From the IMG/VR virus record IMGVR_UViG_3300002026_000072, positions 1-64,000 of that record: a stretch of 64,000 nt of DNA; one strand, 5' to 3'. Made by a program: the position numbers and the translations under genes. Positions within the stretch are counted from its first letter, which is position 1; the number at the start of each line of letters is the position of its first letter. Source of the DNA: a virus. The notes beneath the pieces are model-generated. The model saw only the letters and a program-made list of their open reading frames with translations, did no database searches and was not told the origin of the DNA. Positions 9,190 through 19,746 of the stretch are shown piece by piece.

Positions 9190-11661
9190 ATGACCCCCGA
9201 ACAAGAAGCAGCACTCAAAGCAGCACGCGAGGCGAAGGCCGCAGCTCCCACCATGCGGGCCACCGCCGGCACGATGGGCGGGTTCGGCCCGCAGAGCGCA
9301 TACACACCACCGCAGCCCGCGGCCGGTCCGTCTGGGCCGCAGAGCGCGTACATGTCGCCCGGCCAGCAGGCGCCGAGTCAAATGCCGCCGCACCCGATGA
9401 ACCCCAAGCCGACGATCGGCAACATGGGGCCGGTGCCACCGTCTTCGATGCCTGCCGGGCCGGCGAGCGTGTACCCGAAGCCCACAGTCGCGACGATGCA
9501 GGCGCCGCCTCCGTCTTCGATGCCCGCAGGGCCGTCGAGCCCCTACATGCCGAAGCCGGAAGGGCCGTCGAGCCGGGTTATCAACGTGCCGCCGTCGTCC
9601 ATGCCTGCGGGGCCGTCGAGCCCGTACGACGGCGCCAACGGCCGCCCACGCAGCATGAGCAACGCCGCCGCGATGGGGCCGAACGCCGGCCCCGTGTACC
9701 AGTCCGTCCCCCGCAGGATCTTCAACGCAGCGGCCGAGGCGGTGCGAAACCCCGGGGCGATAGGGAAGGCGGCGATCGACGCTGCTGCGACCCCGGTCGG
9801 CGCCGCCACGATCCGCGCGGGCATGAGCGGCGCAGCCGCTATCCCCGACGCACTGGCGACGGGAAAGGTGCTCGACGCCCACATACGGGCCGGCTCGCCG
9901 ATTCAGGACACTGTCGTCGACACCGCCACCCAGGCGGCGGAGGGCGTCGGCAAACTCGGCATGGCCGGCGCCGGAGCTCTCGGCGGGGCCAAGCTCGGAG
10001 CTGCCGCAGGAACAATGCTTGCAGGGCCCCCCGGGACCATCATCGGCGGCGCCCTCGGCGGAGTTGTCGGAGGGGCGGCTGGGTACTTCTCAGCTGACGA
10101 GGGCATCAAGGGACTGCGGCAAGGGTTCGGCGTCACTGAAGCCTCGCCCGTCGACCGTTTGCCTACCCCCATCACCGCGGAAGCTGCGGCACAGGCCCGA
10201 GCGAACAAGACCGCTGAGACCTACGCCCGGCTGGGCATGAAGGAGCCTGCAGTCGGCGGTGGGGCAGGGCGCGGCGAGACCGGAGGCGACCCCCGCAAGA
10301 TCACCATGGAGGGCGGGTTCCCGCTTGAGCGCTACCTCGCTGGCTACGGCGAGGACGGCAGAGCGTTTGACCCGACGAGCGGGCGCGGTGGCGGCATCAA
10401 CAACCGCCTACCGACGGACCTGTCGATGCTGCAAGCGGGCGAGGTCTACAAGACCCAGGACCCGATCACTGGGCGCACGATCTACAGCGGGCGGGACGTC
10501 AAAGAGAACGCTGGCATCCGCGACGCCTGGAACGTAAAAACTGGGCAGCTGACGAACACCCCGAACGGCAACAACTTCATCCAGAACTACGACGCGAGCG
10601 GCAAGCCGGTCGCGTCGGCGAACCCGCTGCTCTCCACCGAGCCGAGTAAGGGCGGCATGAGAGAGATGGGCCTCGACCAGCAGCTCTCGGCCGCACGTCA
10701 GGCAGCAGCGGCTCGTGGCGACTTCGCGGCCCTCGACCAGTCCTACGGCAAGGCGCCCGCCGGAGTGTCCGGTGGTGGCGCCATCGCCGGCGGCTTCGGT
10801 GGCGGCAAGAGCTCCTGGCAGCAGGGCATCGACGACCGCAACGCCTCGTTCGAGCGCGACAAGATCATGCGCACGCCGGGCCTGTCGCCCTACGACGCTG
10901 CCCAGCTCGCGAACCAGTTCGACGACCGCCAGCAGCGCATGCGGGAAGCGACGATGCGTGACGAGACATCCCGCTACGGTGCAGACCTCGGTGCCAGCAC
11001 CAGCCGCTACGGCACAGACACGAACGCCGGCATCCATCGCGAGCACAACCAGATCCAGCGCGAGAACAACCAGATCACGCGCCAGATCGCTGCTGGGCAG
11101 CGCGACTACCAGCGCTACAAGGACAACATCGAGCTGGGCATGAAGGAGCGGGAGTACCAAGCAGAGCGCGGTGACAAGGACCTCTCGAACCGGCAGGCGG
11201 CCGAAGGCGCGCTGCAGAAGCAGCTGGAGTCGCGGTTCACGACATCAGGGATCACCGGCGACAAGGTCGACACCGCAGCCGTCGCGAGATACCGCCAAGG
11301 CATCGACCGCTCTGTTGCCCGCATCCCGGGCGCGAGGGGCGTGCACGATCTGGGGCCGCGCGCCACAGAGCAGCTCATCGCGGCAAGCGACCTGCTGGAG
11401 ACGCTGCGCGCTGACGGCAGCAACCTGAACCCGTTCAAGCCGGACTTCCTGAAGACCGTCGACCCGATCGACCTCATCGGTATCCAGCACGACCCGAAGA
11501 ACGACAACTACGTGATCACGAACCCCAAGAGCCGGGCGTACAAGCAAGTGATCCCGGGGCGGTATCTCAGGACTGAAGAAGCGAATCGCATCGAGTTTGG
11601 TGGCATGCGCGGCACGCCGACCAACAAGTACGACATGCTACAGATGGGATCAGGCCAATGA
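9190..11661 (+). CDS. Pro/Gly-rich internal virion or ejection-type protein (823 aa)
   Basis: Three PPSSMPAGPSSPY repeats, a Gly/Ala hydrophobic stretch and a Q/R-rich C-terminus. ATGA coupling to the giant ORF. Confidence 0.7.
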   Translation: MTPEQEAALKAAREAKAAAPTMRATAGTMGGFGPQSAYTPPQPAAGPSGPQSAYMSPGQQAPSQMPPHPMNPKPTIGNMGPVPPSSMPAGPASVYPKPTVATMQAPPPSSMPAGPSSPYMPKPEGPSSRVINVPPSSMPAGPSSPYDGANGRPRSMSNAAAMGPNAGPVYQSVPRRIFNAAAEAVRNPGAIGKAAIDAAATPVGAATIRAGMSGAAAIPDALATGKVLDAHIRAGSPIQDTVVDTATQAAEGVGKLGMAGAGALGGAKLGAAAGTMLAGPPGTIIGGALGGVVGGAAGYFSADEGIKGLRQGFGVTEASPVDRLPTPITAEAAAQARANKTAETYARLGMKEPAVGGGAGRGETGGDPRKITMEGGFPLERYLAGYGEDGRAFDPTSGRGGGINNRLPTDLSMLQAGEVYKTQDPITGRTIYSGRDVKENAGIRDAWNVKTGQLTNTPNGNNFIQNYDASGKPVASANPLLSTEPSKGGMREMGLDQQLSAARQAAAARGDFAALDQSYGKAPAGVSGGGAIAGGFGGGKSSWQQGIDDRNASFERDKIMRTPGLSPYDAAQLANQFDDRQQRMREATMRDETSRYGADLGASTSRYGTDTNAGIHREHNQIQRENNQITRQIAAGQRDYQRYKDNIELGMKEREYQAERGDKDLSNRQAAEGALQKQLESRFTTSGITGDKVDTAAVARYRQGIDRSVARIPGARGVHDLGPRATEQLIAASDLLETLRADGSNLNPFKPDFLKTVDPIDLIGIQHDPKNDNYVITNPKSRAYKQVIPGRYLRTEEANRIEFGGMRGTPTNKYDMLQMGSGQ

Positions 11662-14600
11662 TCAACGATCTCGCCAACCTCAACAAGCCTCTCAGTCAGG
11701 CTGAGCTCGACCGTGCTGCCGGGCAGCAGGGCACCGAGTTCGGCAAGGGCCTGCGGAGCACCACACTCAGCATGCGCTCCGGACTGAGCAACACCCTCGG
11801 TGCTGTCGGTGACGAGCTGGGTTACAGCGGCTACGCCAAAGACCAGTACCAGCAGGCTGATGCGCTGGGGCTGCGAGCGCAGAACGCTGCGCCCCGTGTC
11901 ACTTCGTTCCGCGACATCAACGGGGCGAATGACTTCGGTGACTGGGCCGCTGGCACCCTCGGCGGCCTGCTGCCGTCGGTGGCTGTGGGTGCTGGTGCTG
12001 GCCTGATGACCGGTGGCGCTGCCATCCCGGCCATGCTGGCAGGCACTGCAGCCTACACGCCGTTCGAGGTGGGCGAGACGATTGGCCGCCAGCGCGAAGC
12101 GGGCCAGCCGGTGAACCTGCGCGACGCAGCGCTGGGTGGCATCGGCTCAGCGGCGCTGCAGTCCATCGTGCCTGCCGGGCTGGCTGGCAGCTTGGCTGGC
12201 AAGGTGGCTCGGGCTCCGGGCAGCACGCTGGCAGGTGCCTCCATCAAGGGCGGCCTGATTGAAGGCGCAGGCGAAGGCGCAGGCGAGTACGCCAAGCAGC
12301 TGGGGTCCACCCAGACCCTGGACACGCTGGATCACGGCGCGGCGCTCGACGCCTTCGCCGGTGGCGTGCTGGGCGGCGGCATCATGGGCGGAGCGGGCCA
12401 TTTGGCCCAATACGCCCACCAGAACATCGACCGGGTAGGTGAGGGTGTCCAGGGCGTGAAAAACGCAGCCACGGGCCTCCTGACGAAGGCTGAGGGGGTC
12501 GCAGAGCGGGTCAAGGAGAGCCCGCTGGGCGGCGTGGCTGAGAAGGCCCAGAAGACCTACGAGGGCTACGACCTGGGCGACCTGGGCGCCAGCATGCGCA
12601 AGGTCTGGGACACCGCCCGCGAGAAGGCCACGGGCGTGGCCCAGAAGATCGCCGACAGCGAGGACATCATCGGCGACGCCAAGGAGTACGCCGGGCTGGC
12701 TGGCGACGCGCTCAAGAAGAAGCTCGTCGACGACGACGCGCTGCGCGTCCAGACCGCCGGTAGCTACGTCAAGGATCTGGCCCAGCGCAAGCTGAGCCCC
12801 GAGGACTTCGAGGCGGTGAACACCGCTGCGCAGAACCTCGGCGACAAGGCCAACCAAGCCACGGTGGCCGGGATCAAGATGGCGTCCGACGCCTTCGACC
12901 GCTCCAAGAGCTTCGTCAGCGGTCTACTGACGAAGGCCAGGACCAGGGCTGACGAGATGCAGGGCAAGAGCGCGGTCAAGAAGTCCGAGGACTACAGCGC
13001 CGCGCGGGACGCCATCATGACTGAGCTGATCCCCACGCTCAAGGAGATCAAGCCCGAGGCATTCCGCGGCCACCCGACAGAGGTGCAGCAGCACCTCAAC
13101 GAGCTCGGCGACACCATGCGCTACGTCATCCAGGACATGGCGAGCGGCACACCGGACCTCGCCACTGTGATCCAGGTTGCCAGCATGTTCCCCGGCCACG
13201 CGGACACCGTGTTCGACTCCGTGCGCCGCGTCATGGGCCTCGCCGGCCCCGAGGAGATGGCGAACATCTTCCGCGCCGTCAACACAGTGGCGGATGTGGA
13301 GCGCTCCCACGCCACGGTCGAAGAGGTGCAGCGCAAGCACCTCCGCCCCGATCTGGCGAAGGCTGTGCGGGCGAGTGACCTGCGGGACGAGCGCGACCTG
13401 CTGGTGAAGTGGGCAGACCAGCCGATCTCCATGAGCGGGGGCGTCGGTCAGCACATGCCTGACAGCACGGGCAAAGCTCAGAGCGCCAAGCAGGGGCAGC
13501 TCGACGAAGAGGCCAACCGCTTCAACGACCGCCAAGTGCGCACCGCGCTGGAGTACCGCTACGGCAAGGACGGCGCCGACGCCGTGATCGCTGCGGTCCA
13601 GGCCGGGCGTACCGGCTTCGCTGCCTCGCTCGCCAAGCAGTCAACGGGTCGCCGCGCCGGCGAGAACCAGCTGGAGCGTGGCCGCGTCAAGACTGACGAC
13701 GACGGCAACCCGATCGAGGACGCACCGCCGTACCAGCAGCACACGCTGGACGACGAAGTCGACATGACGGCGCCGACGATGCAGTACTACGGTGCCGGCA
13801 AGGGCGACACGATGTACCTGCACCCCAAGCACGACGACAACCCGTCGAAGTTTGGCCCGGCGGCCCAGCAGCGCATGGACAATCTGACGGGAAAGAATCC
13901 CGGCACGACGCTGCGCTACCTCTCGCCCAGTGAGCTCGGGCCTGACCACCCCTTCGTCAAGAAGCAGCGCGGCCTGCTGGAGAAGGCGGCGATGGCTCTC
14001 CTCGACACCGACGACACCAACGACCCGCAGGTTCAGGCGTACGTGGACGGCGAGATCGACAAGTACGTCGTCATCGGCCACGAGCGCTCCACCTCACCGC
14101 AGAAGATCAGCTATGACGAGCTGGGCGCTATGGGGCTCGACTCCGGCTACGGCTACAGCGAGGCGCGGCTCGACACCGTGGGCAAGGGCAAGTCGGGCAA
14201 CGCGATCCTCGACGCCGTGAAGATCACGAAGGCAATGGAGCGCCGCTTCGAGAAGGAGCAGATGCCGGCTGACAGCGCGGGGTATGTGTCGCGCAAGCTG
14301 CGCATGTTCCTCGAAGGCGTGGCGGCGGTGCAGGACCTGACCGGGCGTGCGTTCGACGTGCCTGACAGCACCGTCATCGCCACCGTGAACGACAAGCCGC
14401 TCACGCTGGGCAGAGCCCGCGCCATTGACCGGCAGGCCCGGCTGACTGACGCGGACAAGCTGACCGACGCTGAGTCTGCTGAGCGCGACCGGCTGAGTGC
14501 TGAGTACCGCACTGCGCTGCCTGACCGGTTCAACAAGGGCGACCGCAAGGTGGCGCGCGAGGCACACTACGAGGGGCGCAAGCTGGCCGCGGACCGCGCT

Positions 14601-17600
14601 GAGCGCCGGGCCTTCGAGCACACCACTGACGACATCCGCTCTGAGAGCGAGGATGAGTCTGGGTTCGACGGCATCATTGAGCGGGGCATCAACCGGCGCG
14701 ACACGCACTCTGCCAAGGGCAAGGACGGGTGGGTGGACGGCGAGGTCGTGAACACTCCCGATCGCCTCGGCGGCACTGAGCAGTCGACGACGCAGACGCC
14801 CCGCCAGCAGCGCATCAACGAGCTGCGCGGCGACCTGTCCATGCTGGAGGCGAAGCTCGAAGCCAAGACGGCCACGGATGCGGACCGCGTCCGCGTCAAG
14901 GCCATAAGCAACGAGATCGACGTCCTGGAGAAGGCAGCGCCCAGCTCGCTGGGCTCTGGCCGCCACGAGATCGACCCGTTCGGCCCCACCCACGACGCAC
15001 TGCGCGGCGAGGGCGAGGCACGCGTGACGAAGAGCGCCGGGCTACGGACTGAGATCTCCCGCGAGGGCAGCGAGGCGGGTGCCATCCACATCAACAGCGA
15101 CGGCAGCGCCAGAGAGACAGTCCGCACGCCGGTGGCGATGGGCAAGCCGCAGATCATGGCTGAGAAGCTGCGCGCCAGCACCTCAGCGGGAGCGCGGGCC
15201 GTGGGCGCCAAGCTGGAGGCTCTGCTCGACATGATGTCGGCTGCAGACGCCAAGGGCATCACCGGCTCCCGTGAGTTCCCGCGTGGTGTGGACATCCCCG
15301 ACAACAGCAACCGCACCAAGCTCGTGGTGGGCGGCAAGGTTGCAGACCCGCAGAGCCTGCGCACGGACCGCGCCCCCGGCGAGCTGACCACCCGCAAGGC
15401 CACCTCAGTCATGAACCGGGCTGACCGCGAAGCACTCTGGGCCGTGGGCGACATGACGAAGGCCAGCGACGTCGCCACTGTGGTGAACCGGCTGGCTGAG
15501 AAGTACCTCAACGGCGAGACCAAGAGCAAGAGCGCGCCTCCGCCGCCCGAGGAGTACACGCTCAAGGAGAAGCCAAGGAGCACCCCCGACCCAAAAGCCG
15601 TAGCCGCCAAGAAGGCGGCGCTCAGCGAGAAAGCCCGCTCTGGTGACGCCGGCCTGATCCGCGACCTGAGCACCAGCACTGACGCGAAGGGGCTGCAGCG
15701 CGCCGTCCAGCACCTGAACTCAGGCAAGGTGGACGCGAACACCGCCGCGGCGATCGAGGCGGCGAACACACGCCTGGGCGAGCTGGTGCGCGGCGACCCG
15801 AACGTGGCCTACGGGCTGGGGATCAAGAAGTACAGTCTCATCAGCTCAGACGAAGAAGGCGCACATGAACAACGACTCATCACCCGACTTGCTGAGGATC
15901 GAAGAGTTTGGCTTGCACATGACCCATCGGTATCAATGGATGGAGGAAAGTTCGGCAAGGATTCGTTCGGCCCTCTCGGCAGGGAATTCACATACTTCTT
16001 TGAGTACGACGGGCGCCGCACCCACACCGCCGTCGTTCCAGATCAATTTGTTGACACCCTCCGGCGCTACCTCTCCCGGGAAACTGACTTCGTAAAACGC
16101 ACGAACCTCATCGGCTACTTCGCTGCTCAGCACGTCGTCTACGACACCAAGACGAACGACGCGACGTCATTTGGACCGCGGGCCACAGACCCCAGCGGCA
16201 AGCTGCTGAGTTCAATGGGCGCTCTGGGCGACACGGGGCGGCAACTGTACGACGGCTCGCCCATTACCCGCGTTGAGGGCGTCTCGACCTTCCAGACCGC
16301 GCGCATGCTCGCCACTGCCCTCGCGTGGTCGAAGCACGCGCTCGACAAAGATCAGCTGGACATAAAGTGGGAGCGAATCTCAGGCGCGAACATCGGCAAG
16401 GTCGGCGAGGGCAAATTCAGCCGCCAAGACGCTCAGCAACTCACCCCGAACACCACCGGCCCGGTCAACCGTGCCGAGGTCGATGCGTTCTTCAAGCGCG
16501 TGGCGCCACACGTCAAGATCGCCTGGGCGAACATCCTCCACGCCGGCGAGTTCGAGCGCACCGGTGGCGGCAACGTGCCGATCGAGGACATCGTGCGCCT
16601 CAGCGTGCACAGCCTGAACCCGCTGAGCCCGGCCTACCACGAGGCGCTGCACGCGTTCTTCGCCAAGCTGACTGACCTCAAGCACGGGCAGATCATGGAC
16701 GTGCTGGAGCGCGCAGCGTCCTCAGCGCCGGTGATGAACCAGCTCAAGCGGCTGCTCAAGGATTCACCCGAGGCACTCAAGCAGCTCAACAACCCCGAAG
16801 AGCGCGCGGCCTACATGTACCAGTTCTGGGCGGCCGGCCAGCTCACCGTGGGCGAGCAGACCAAGAACGTCTTCCAGCGCATCGCTGACTTCCTGCGCTC
16901 AGTGCTGGGCATCTGGAGCAACGACGAGCGCGCCCTGCGCGTCATGGAGTACTTCCACAAGGGCGACTTCGCCAAGGACCTGACCGCACGCATGCCGCGC
17001 GACGTGGTGGCGAAGCGGGTGCTGGAGCCGGGGCGCAACGCCGCGATCGAGCAGGCCCGCAAGATGACTGAGCCGCTGCTGAACCTGGGCGAGGCGCTGC
17101 TGTCTGCCGGCGGTGAGCGGCTGCGCGACACCGGTGTGCCGGCCCTGCGCGAGCTGGCTGACGCGATCAAGCTGCACGGCACGAACGAGGGCGAGGACCC
17201 AGGCTACATGCCCGCTGCCCGCACTGAGCACGCGCAGCGCATGAACAAGCTGGCCCGTGACCTGCGCGGCACCAGCGAGGCGGCTCTGCACGCTGCCCTG
17301 GAGAGCCTGCAGAGCAAGAGCAACGACCCGGTCAAGGCACTGACTGACCCGGGCGACCGCGCCGCTGCCCACGTAGCCAAGCGGGTCATCCGCAAGCACC
17401 TGGACGACGCCTTCGACTACATGCGCGACGCCAAGGTCAAGGTCACGGACCTGGGCTACGGCAAGGACTACTTCCCACGCGTCTACGACGCTGCGTTCAT
17501 CAGCAGCCACCAGCAGGAGTTCCTGGCCGTGCTGCGCAAGCACAACGTCACCGGTGAGACCGACGTGATGAACAAGCTGATGACGAACAACGGCGCGGAG

Positions 17601-18974
17601 TTCAACGTCGAGGTGGACAAGCCCGGCATGCAGCACCTCAAGCCCCGCAAGCTGGCGCACATCCCCGACGACGAGCTGGCGCCCTTCATGCGCAAGGACA
17701 CGCTGAGCATCCTCAGCACCTACACCATGCAGGCCGCGCGCCGGGCAGAGTGGTCGCGCCGCTTCGGTGACGACGGGCTGCGCATCACGCAGCTGATGAT
17801 CCAGGCCAAGCGCGAGGGCGCTACCGACGCGCAGCTTGAGACGGCGCAGAAGTACATCCGCGCCGTGGACGGCACGCTGGGCGACACGATCAACCCCGAG
17901 GCTCGCCGCCTCATGGGCAACATGATGGTCTACCAGAACATCCGGCTGCTGCCCTTCGCTGTCTTCAGCTCGGTCGTGGACCCGATGGGTGTGAGCGTGC
18001 GCGGTGGTTCACTGGGCGATTCCTTCAACACGTTCAAGCGCGGACTCAAGGAGCTGGGCAAGAACTTCAAGAAGAACGCCACCGACGACGACATGACCCA
18101 GCTCGCTGCGGACATCGGCACGATCGACGACACCGCGCTCATGCACACCATGAGTACGCTCTACCTGCAGGGCATGGCGGGCAACACGGCGCAGAAGATC
18201 AACGACACGTTCTTCCGCTGGAACATGCTGGAGCAGTGGAACACCTCCATGCGCGTGGGCGCCACTGAGGCGGCGCTCAGCTTCCTCAAGAAGCACGCTG
18301 ATGGCAAGACCACCAAGCACAGCCAGCGCTGGCTCAATGAGCTGGGCCTGCAGCCCGGCGAGCTGCAGCTGCGCCCCGACGGCCGCATCAAGATCACTGA
18401 GGCCGACGGCCTGACCGCTGAGCAGTCGGCCAAGGTCAAGACCGCAATCAACCGGTGGGTGGATGGCGCCGTGCTGCGCCCTGACGCAGCGGACATGGCG
18501 ATCTGGATGAACGACCCGCACTTCGCGCTGATCGCGCACATGAAGAAGTTCGTGTTCAGCTTCCACCAGACGATCCTCAAGCGCGTGGTGCACGAGTACC
18601 AGAACGGCAACCACGCGCCGGCCATGGCGCTCGCAGGCTACGTGCCGATCATGATCGCGGCGGACCTCGCCAAGGGTCTGATCCAGGGCATGGGCGACCA
18701 GCCCGACTGGAAAGACAAGTGGGGCGTCGAAGATTACCTGTGGAGCGGCATCGAGCGCGCGGGCATCCTGGGCGTCAACCAGTTCGCCTTCGACGCACTG
18801 GGCGGCGGGATCGGCGAGCTTGCAGGTCCGACGTTGGAGCAGTTCGCGCAGGCTGCGGCGGTGCTGGGCGGGCGCGGAGAGTTCGCCCCGCTACTTGTGA
18901 AATCCATGCCCGCGAACGCCCTCTACGCCGAGGCCTTCAAGAGTGAGCCCGCGGAGTCCGCCCACATCGACTGA
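11658..18974 (+). CDS. giant multidomain virion protein (2438 aa) with an HExxH metallopeptidase-like motif
   Basis: Single uninterrupted ORF. N-terminal Gly/Ala hydrophobic segments. HEALH at 16638-16652. Position after the ejection-type proteins fits the polyvalent injected proteins described for phages and conjugative elements. Confidence 0.8.
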   Translation: MINDLANLNKPLSQAELDRAAGQQGTEFGKGLRSTTLSMRSGLSNTLGAVGDELGYSGYAKDQYQQADALGLRAQNAAPRVTSFRDINGANDFGDWAAGTLGGLLPSVAVGAGAGLMTGGAAIPAMLAGTAAYTPFEVGETIGRQREAGQPVNLRDAALGGIGSAALQSIVPAGLAGSLAGKVARAPGSTLAGASIKGGLIEGAGEGAGEYAKQLGSTQTLDTLDHGAALDAFAGGVLGGGIMGGAGHLAQYAHQNIDRVGEGVQGVKNAATGLLTKAEGVAERVKESPLGGVAEKAQKTYEGYDLGDLGASMRKVWDTAREKATGVAQKIADSEDIIGDAKEYAGLAGDALKKKLVDDDALRVQTAGSYVKDLAQRKLSPEDFEAVNTAAQNLGDKANQATVAGIKMASDAFDRSKSFVSGLLTKARTRADEMQGKSAVKKSEDYSAARDAIMTELIPTLKEIKPEAFRGHPTEVQQHLNELGDTMRYVIQDMASGTPDLATVIQVASMFPGHADTVFDSVRRVMGLAGPEEMANIFRAVNTVADVERSHATVEEVQRKHLRPDLAKAVRASDLRDERDLLVKWADQPISMSGGVGQHMPDSTGKAQSAKQGQLDEEANRFNDRQVRTALEYRYGKDGADAVIAAVQAGRTGFAASLAKQSTGRRAGENQLERGRVKTDDDGNPIEDAPPYQQHTLDDEVDMTAPTMQYYGAGKGDTMYLHPKHDDNPSKFGPAAQQRMDNLTGKNPGTTLRYLSPSELGPDHPFVKKQRGLLEKAAMALLDTDDTNDPQVQAYVDGEIDKYVVIGHERSTSPQKISYDELGAMGLDSGYGYSEARLDTVGKGKSGNAILDAVKITKAMERRFEKEQMPADSAGYVSRKLRMFLEGVAAVQDLTGRAFDVPDSTVIATVNDKPLTLGRARAIDRQARLTDADKLTDAESAERDRLSAEYRTALPDRFNKGDRKVAREAHYEGRKLAADRAERRAFEHTTDDIRSESEDESGFDGIIERGINRRDTHSAKGKDGWVDGEVVNTPDRLGGTEQSTTQTPRQQRINELRGDLSMLEAKLEAKTATDADRVRVKAISNEIDVLEKAAPSSLGSGRHEIDPFGPTHDALRGEGEARVTKSAGLRTEISREGSEAGAIHINSDGSARETVRTPVAMGKPQIMAEKLRASTSAGARAVGAKLEALLDMMSAADAKGITGSREFPRGVDIPDNSNRTKLVVGGKVADPQSLRTDRAPGELTTRKATSVMNRADREALWAVGDMTKASDVATVVNRLAEKYLNGETKSKSAPPPPEEYTLKEKPRSTPDPKAVAAKKAALSEKARSGDAGLIRDLSTSTDAKGLQRAVQHLNSGKVDANTAAAIEAANTRLGELVRGDPNVAYGLGIKKYSLISSDEEGAHEQRLITRLAEDRRVWLAHDPSVSMDGGKFGKDSFGPLGREFTYFFEYDGRRTHTAVVPDQFVDTLRRYLSRETDFVKRTNLIGYFAAQHVVYDTKTNDATSFGPRATDPSGKLLSSMGALGDTGRQLYDGSPITRVEGVSTFQTARMLATALAWSKHALDKDQLDIKWERISGANIGKVGEGKFSRQDAQQLTPNTTGPVNRAEVDAFFKRVAPHVKIAWANILHAGEFERTGGGNVPIEDIVRLSVHSLNPLSPAYHEALHAFFAKLTDLKHGQIMDVLERAASSAPVMNQLKRLLKDSPEALKQLNNPEERAAYMYQFWAAGQLTVGEQTKNVFQRIADFLRSVLGIWSNDERALRVMEYFHKGDFAKDLTARMPRDVVAKRVLEPGRNAAIEQARKMTEPLLNLGEALLSAGGERLRDTGVPALRELADAIKLHGTNEGEDPGYMPAARTEHAQRMNKLARDLRGTSEAALHAALESLQSKSNDPVKALTDPGDRAAAHVAKRVIRKHLDDAFDYMRDAKVKVTDLGYGKDYFPRVYDAAFISSHQQEFLAVLRKHNVTGETDVMNKLMTNNGAEFNVEVDKPGMQHLKPRKLAHIPDDELAPFMRKDTLSILSTYTMQAARRAEWSRRFGDDGLRITQLMIQAKREGATDAQLETAQKYIRAVDGTLGDTINPEARRLMGNMMVYQNIRLLPFAVFSSVVDPMGVSVRGGSLGDSFNTFKRGLKELGKNFKKNATDDDMTQLAADIGTIDDTALMHTMSTLYLQGMAGNTAQKINDTFFRWNMLEQWNTSMRVGATEAALSFLKKHADGKTTKHSQRWLNELGLQPGELQLRPDGRIKITEADGLTAEQSAKVKTAINRWVDGAVLRPDAADMAIWMNDPHFALIAHMKKFVFSFHQTILKRVVHEYQNGNHAPAMALAGYVPIMIAADLAKGLIQGMGDQPDWKDKWGVEDYLWSGIERAGILGVNQFAFDALGGGIGELAGPTLEQFAQAAAVLGGRGEFAPLLVKSMPANALYAEAFKSEPAESAHID

Positions 18975-18992
18975 AGCGCGGCGAGATCGCTA

Positions 18993-19160
18993 GGAAAAGC
19001 GCAAGAGTAGGTGCTTAAAAATGAGGCACTCTACCTATGAGAACCTATACTTCTTATATTCTTATACTTATAAACTTATCTCTTGTAAGGAGATAGAAGA
19101 GGTATAAATAGAAAGTGTTTGTCCTATAAAGGATAGGGATCGCAAGTGCAAGATCACAAG
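18993..19160 (+). repeat. AT-rich ~168-bp direct repeat, copy A
   Basis: About 90% identical to 44979-45146 in the same orientation. The first ~50 and last ~45 nt are identical. Contains CTTATA-type hexamer iterations. Confidence 0.85.
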
Positions 19161-19207
19161 AGGCGCTTTTGGCGTTCGTGAAGCGCGCTCCGTGTGAGTG
19201 GTGCAAA

Positions 19208-19238
19208 GCAAAAAAGAAAGCCCACACACTGGTGGGCT
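19208..19238 (-). terminator. rho-independent terminator for the 19299-19535 gene
   Basis: Stem agcccac/gtgggct (19219-25 and 19232-38), followed on the - strand by ttctttttt. Confidence 0.65.
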
Positions 19239-19298
19239 GTTCGCAGCGCCGAGAAAAACTCCGGGCGCTTGGGTGTTTGAAAGAAAACGAAAAGCGCC

Positions 19299-19535
19299 TC
19301 AGCGCTTGTTCTTGTAGCCGTCCACGAAGGCGTCCGCCGTGGACTTGGTGATCTCAGTTGCAGCTCCGATCGCTGCACCAGCTTTGCGTGCCAGTTCTTC
19401 GCGGTTGTCGCGAAGAGCACGAAGAGTTCGGAGTACGGTCTTGATGATCCAGAACGTCCCGTAGATGCCGGCCAGGAGGATGAACATGCCGACAAGCCCG
19501 CTCACGCCCTTGTCGATGATCGCGTCCCAGTTCAT
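19299..19535 (-). CDS. small membrane protein (78 aa), moron-like, next to attP
   Basis: Internal ATG of the 19299-19697 ORF, preceded by aaggagcgccaaac. One TM segment (GLVGMFILLAGIYGTFWII). The upstream part of the long ORF runs across the tRNA-like fragment. Confidence 0.65.
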   Translation of the reverse strand: MNWDAIIDKGVSGLVGMFILLAGIYGTFWIIKTVLRTLRALRDNREELARKAGAAIGAATEITKSTADAFVDGYKNKR

Positions 19536-19670
19536 GTTTGGCGCTCCTTCTTGAAGCCTGCAGTCTAGCGAAGATCTCTGCTCTAAGCTATGTTGACATA
19601 GCAGCCCGTCATAGTTTCGCCAGAACCCGCATGGATGCTGGCGAAACGAGGCAGGGCAGGGACCTTGACA

Positions 19671-19709
19671 TGGTGGGGGTCGTTGGTTCGAGTCCAATCG
19701 CGCCTACCA
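19671..19709 (+). other. tRNA 3'-half-like fragment (T-arm, acceptor 3' strand, ACCA): probable attP core
   Basis: gttgg-ttcgagt-ccaat T-arm, then cgcgcct-a-cca. No complementary 5' acceptor strand (aggcgcg) within 100 nt upstream. The integrase lies 1.4 kb away. Confidence 0.5.
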
Positions 19710-19715
19710 AAACAC

Positions 19716-19741
19716 AGAGGGAGACCACATGGTCTCCCTCT
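19716..19741. terminator. bidirectional hairpin terminator
   Basis: Perfect 11-bp stem agagggagacc/ggtctccctct with loop acat. T-rich flank on the - strand (tgtgttttgg). Confidence 0.6.
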
Positions 19742-19746
19742 CTTTC

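Noticed and set aside
11658-18974. N4-like virion RNA polymerase in the giant ORF (prompted by the N4-type capsid and the hairpins near the early genes)
   Set aside because: I could not find T7/N4-type motifs (motif B RxxxKxxxxxxYG, motif C HD-type). The only clear catalytic signature is HExxH. This cannot be excluded without a profile search.
19021-19107. Tyr-rich mini-ORF inside the AT-rich repeats (MRHSTYENLYFLYSYTY..., also at 45006-45177) with an AGGTG 7 nt upstream
   Set aside because: The two copies diverge and terminate differently after residue ~24. Codon usage is wholly atypical for this genome, and the copy-B version is an artefact of read-through into flanking DNA. I could not support it as a gene.
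19621-19709. A complete tRNA or tmRNA gene at the int-proximal site
   Set aside because: Only the T-arm and 3' acceptor strand are present, and aggcgcg (the required 5' strand) is absent upstream. The acceptor also does not fit the GGGG start of tmRNA. I kept it only as an attP-type fragment.
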